Below are positions 63,801 through 64,000 of a stretch of DNA of 64,000 nt, in pieces. Where the stretch lies: the IMG/VR virus record IMGVR_UViG_3300033463_000112; one strand, given 5' to 3'. Below the pieces are notes generated by a model. The model worked only from the letters and a program-made list of their open reading frames with translations. It was not told where the DNA came from and did not search any database. Made by a program: the position numbers and the translations under genes. Source of the DNA: an uncultured virus (IMG/VR IMGVR_UViG_3300033463_000112). Its lineage: Duplodnaviria > Heunggongvirae > Uroviricota > Caudoviricetes. Every line of letters starts with the position of its first letter. The first letter of the stretch is position 1.

Positions 63801-64000
63801 CCGGTAACATTACCGGGTGGGTTGATTCCGAGCACGGCCGCCTGATGATTGCCGCCGGTATCCCCGATAACGGAGTTGCGGAGGCAAAGACCAACGCCGC
63901 AACCAGAATCTTTGAGGACGGTACGATTATTACCAATAAGCTGATTGCTGAAGGAGCTTCGTTCTCTGACGCTGTTATGGAGCAGATTGCCGCCAACGAG
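57875..64000 (+). CDS. large tail tip/fibre protein (>2040 aa, 3'-truncated; absent from the ORF track because no stop falls in the window)
   Basis: ATG at 57875 (MRFDIIQNN...). In frame at spot checks at 60182 (GDGHTHNNKEVLDKL) and 63962 (FSDAVMEQIAANE). Tal/hub-like N-terminus, A-x-H-A repeats, Ala-rich coiled-coil repeats. Confidence 0.85.
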   Translation, partial: MRFDIIQNNAPIANGAPSFTGTYLKPGVLTFREIASPFPIQWKIGDYVDYPRTGLRYYLYNIPQVKKQAGYKTYGGAYLYQNVQLHDASYELEICPFRDLVHNDNLVHFSTQSAISVFDDVAGIAERIQACLDSFHPGAWKIQLATAEMGAPTELLALMQEEREFSVSGVSLLGVLDKVYEIWPEVGWVYSFENGLNTITIGGAGLNGAGDQYEYGKGKGLVSLTKTAANTEEIANRLYVYGSQRNMLANWYNTQEIYGAESVDIQNLMLPSDPVTGEAVKYVYDGKIYTYSGKIYTFAGPTSNYNGWGRTEGLPDPAKAYIEDLASIAAKGLRAKSIYFDGSGDLKEIYPTLERVTMAEVRAASPEYVPSAIWYDSDRVDEVLSCENPADYGLASGSTGKGADVVEYGTYNHNGEYKTIAVGSILTTGLFEGEFNVGSGAAELVIEHPSVGMIGGATNVQLGFRFYLKRGSADPVRFYETRINLTKGDAGSYSTAAGSVTCDDTPVFQSGDKVVVQMFLDLWNMGTDTSATELLTNCSGTLTYKSKVFRTKTFKLTLKQIGFNISEQAELGDGMTLAMRTGDCAGREFKIKSATYAQNTDTWELEIIRSEDESLAQWFPNLDYQIATGDHFVLLDIAMPEMYIKIAEKRLLAAGQEVLADMAKEQWQYVPDIDAKFMVETGRIILPAQNITLCDDITPNGSPVKILVDSVTINESDAAIPTYKVTLRDKKKKSYSDKASVTQISSRPVEETPAQAETQTSGGSSGGGSGDGHTHNNKEVLDKLGLNGLYLLADGSKIQAGYSDTAGDATHATNADEALDAAHADAADEALHADDADHADDADHADLADQATLADYATDSDKWDGEHFGDYLNQPVRTTDDVQFGKVTTPEVKSANFTTGPLGVGYSLKQIPNGSATLELDEITVRKTMKVFELIIQQILYQGGIVIYSAAAIECTRVVELETGYKCFFDTKEDNDGHAQVPNLFAVGDQARCQRFQLANTVAKYYWRLVTEVGTDYIILSKADCDTGSGVPAAGDNIVQLGNRTQTARMNAQVITVNDGNSPRTDYYKGINSYDLTGKLITTVGVKNGEVGVWTKNGSFEGVVTIGSGSSGLQNMEEWTDLSNSIIAAQTAADKALSLLADINDDAVLDLNEKNVIRTEWVTINGIESTSSTSPRGSYSTLKAQYEKYASLIGRASYTYDGYVFTYNGLKFTYRSVGVAGLDAAYLELREFLATLNLNNREEVYRGFDRTKFSNLLTAYYDAELKVSDAISQALQNEIAITKAEILADLAAFEGVINNTVEEMQAIIDNTIETWFAAGTPTTSNLPASAWTTEELRERHLGDLYYDNGSADSTDPDYSPTAGFAFRWQRVEVDGAYVYSWNMLPDSAVAEALAKANQAQDTADGKRRTFLTQPGQNDEYDPGDMWLHATAGTYTDETLVATVHKDAGTAFNIADWSRADKYTDDTVANAAAAAARAAQSDATQALADALAAANAAAAAQGDATAALNKLSIWASDGYISPEEKSALRQQRADIEAEKIQICADAALYPTVSDTDYVAAYNAICGTNGVFDKYTAASPENIPVVAAELALIDAYYAERTDILNDIAAAAKSKADAAQTAANNAQAAADAAQADATQALSDAAAAQATANQAVQDAATAQSKADSAYSIATANQTKLNTWASDGYISPNEKTALKQQQKDIQTEEADILTQASKYGVSTTAYEAAYTLANTALTKYTAASPESIQIDSDYANIAAYYDARTTILAAIATAAKAYAQTATELAEYACAAIKDINDDTVLDISEKASIRTLWISINGDVDTGRTGSSGTYYKAKQMLADAAASDAPQLAYVFNDKIYTFNGKIYTYNSVGEAELDAAYLALREYLASVQLNVNEPFSGFSRSIYSARVRDYNVALNNVFKVLSDVAQATADEALAKSNAVEYLKNALAADNTVISGGMVLSSFIGVKDGNNVKAGINASGNITGWVDSEHGRLMIAAGIPDNGVAEAKTNAATRIFEDGTIITNKLIAEGASFSDAVMEQIAANE

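Noticed and set aside
59054..63835. Long minus-strand ORFs (417, 660 and 397 aa)
   Set aside because: Antisense shadows of the unlisted plus-strand tail ORF starting at 57875.
1..64000. Stop-codon reassignment or suppressor tRNA
   Set aside because: Core genes are full length in the standard code, and no CTA/TCA-anticodon tRNA was found.
22100..64000. Third DGR variable repeat
   Set aside because: No further copy of the TR 3' end (GCGGTGCGCCCTTGCCGAG) was noticed by eye on either strand. An exact search, including sequence outside the window, is still needed.

Overview
This window is most of the genome of a temperate, long-tailed (siphovirus-like) dsDNA phage. The host is probably Bacteroidota, inferred from TAnnTTTG promoters at operon starts and Bacteroides-type holin, endolysin and integrases. 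Layout: (1-3.4 kb) a complete diversity-generating retroelement (DGR: target gene with VR, IMH hairpin, avd, TR, reverse transcriptase); (3.7-5.9 kb) lysis; (6-24 kb, minus strand) tRNAs and replication, recombination and methylation genes; (24.9-27 kb) repressors, putative attP and integrase; (27-35.4 kb, minus) an array of small genes, most preceded by the same hairpin plus AAATCTTTGAGTTATG element; (36-42 kb) an origin/packaging-like region, an SF3 helicase and a structured RNA candidate; (42-46.5 kb, minus) terminase and portal; (46.5-64 kb, plus) head and tail genes, ending in a >2000-aa tail protein that runs off the window. The best-supported unusual system is the DGR. One TR feeds two targets: the adjacent probable receptor-binding gene (21 differences from TR, all at adenines) and a small gene about 19.4 kb away on the opposite strand among non-structural genes (8 differences, all at adenines, with a matching hairpin at identical spacing). 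Other candidates are two tRNA-like genes with enlarged anticodon loops, a ~280-nt structured RNA with a tRNA-like core, and the repeated hairpin+TCTTTGA intergenic module. Protein calls come from motif recognition and synteny only; no database search was run.
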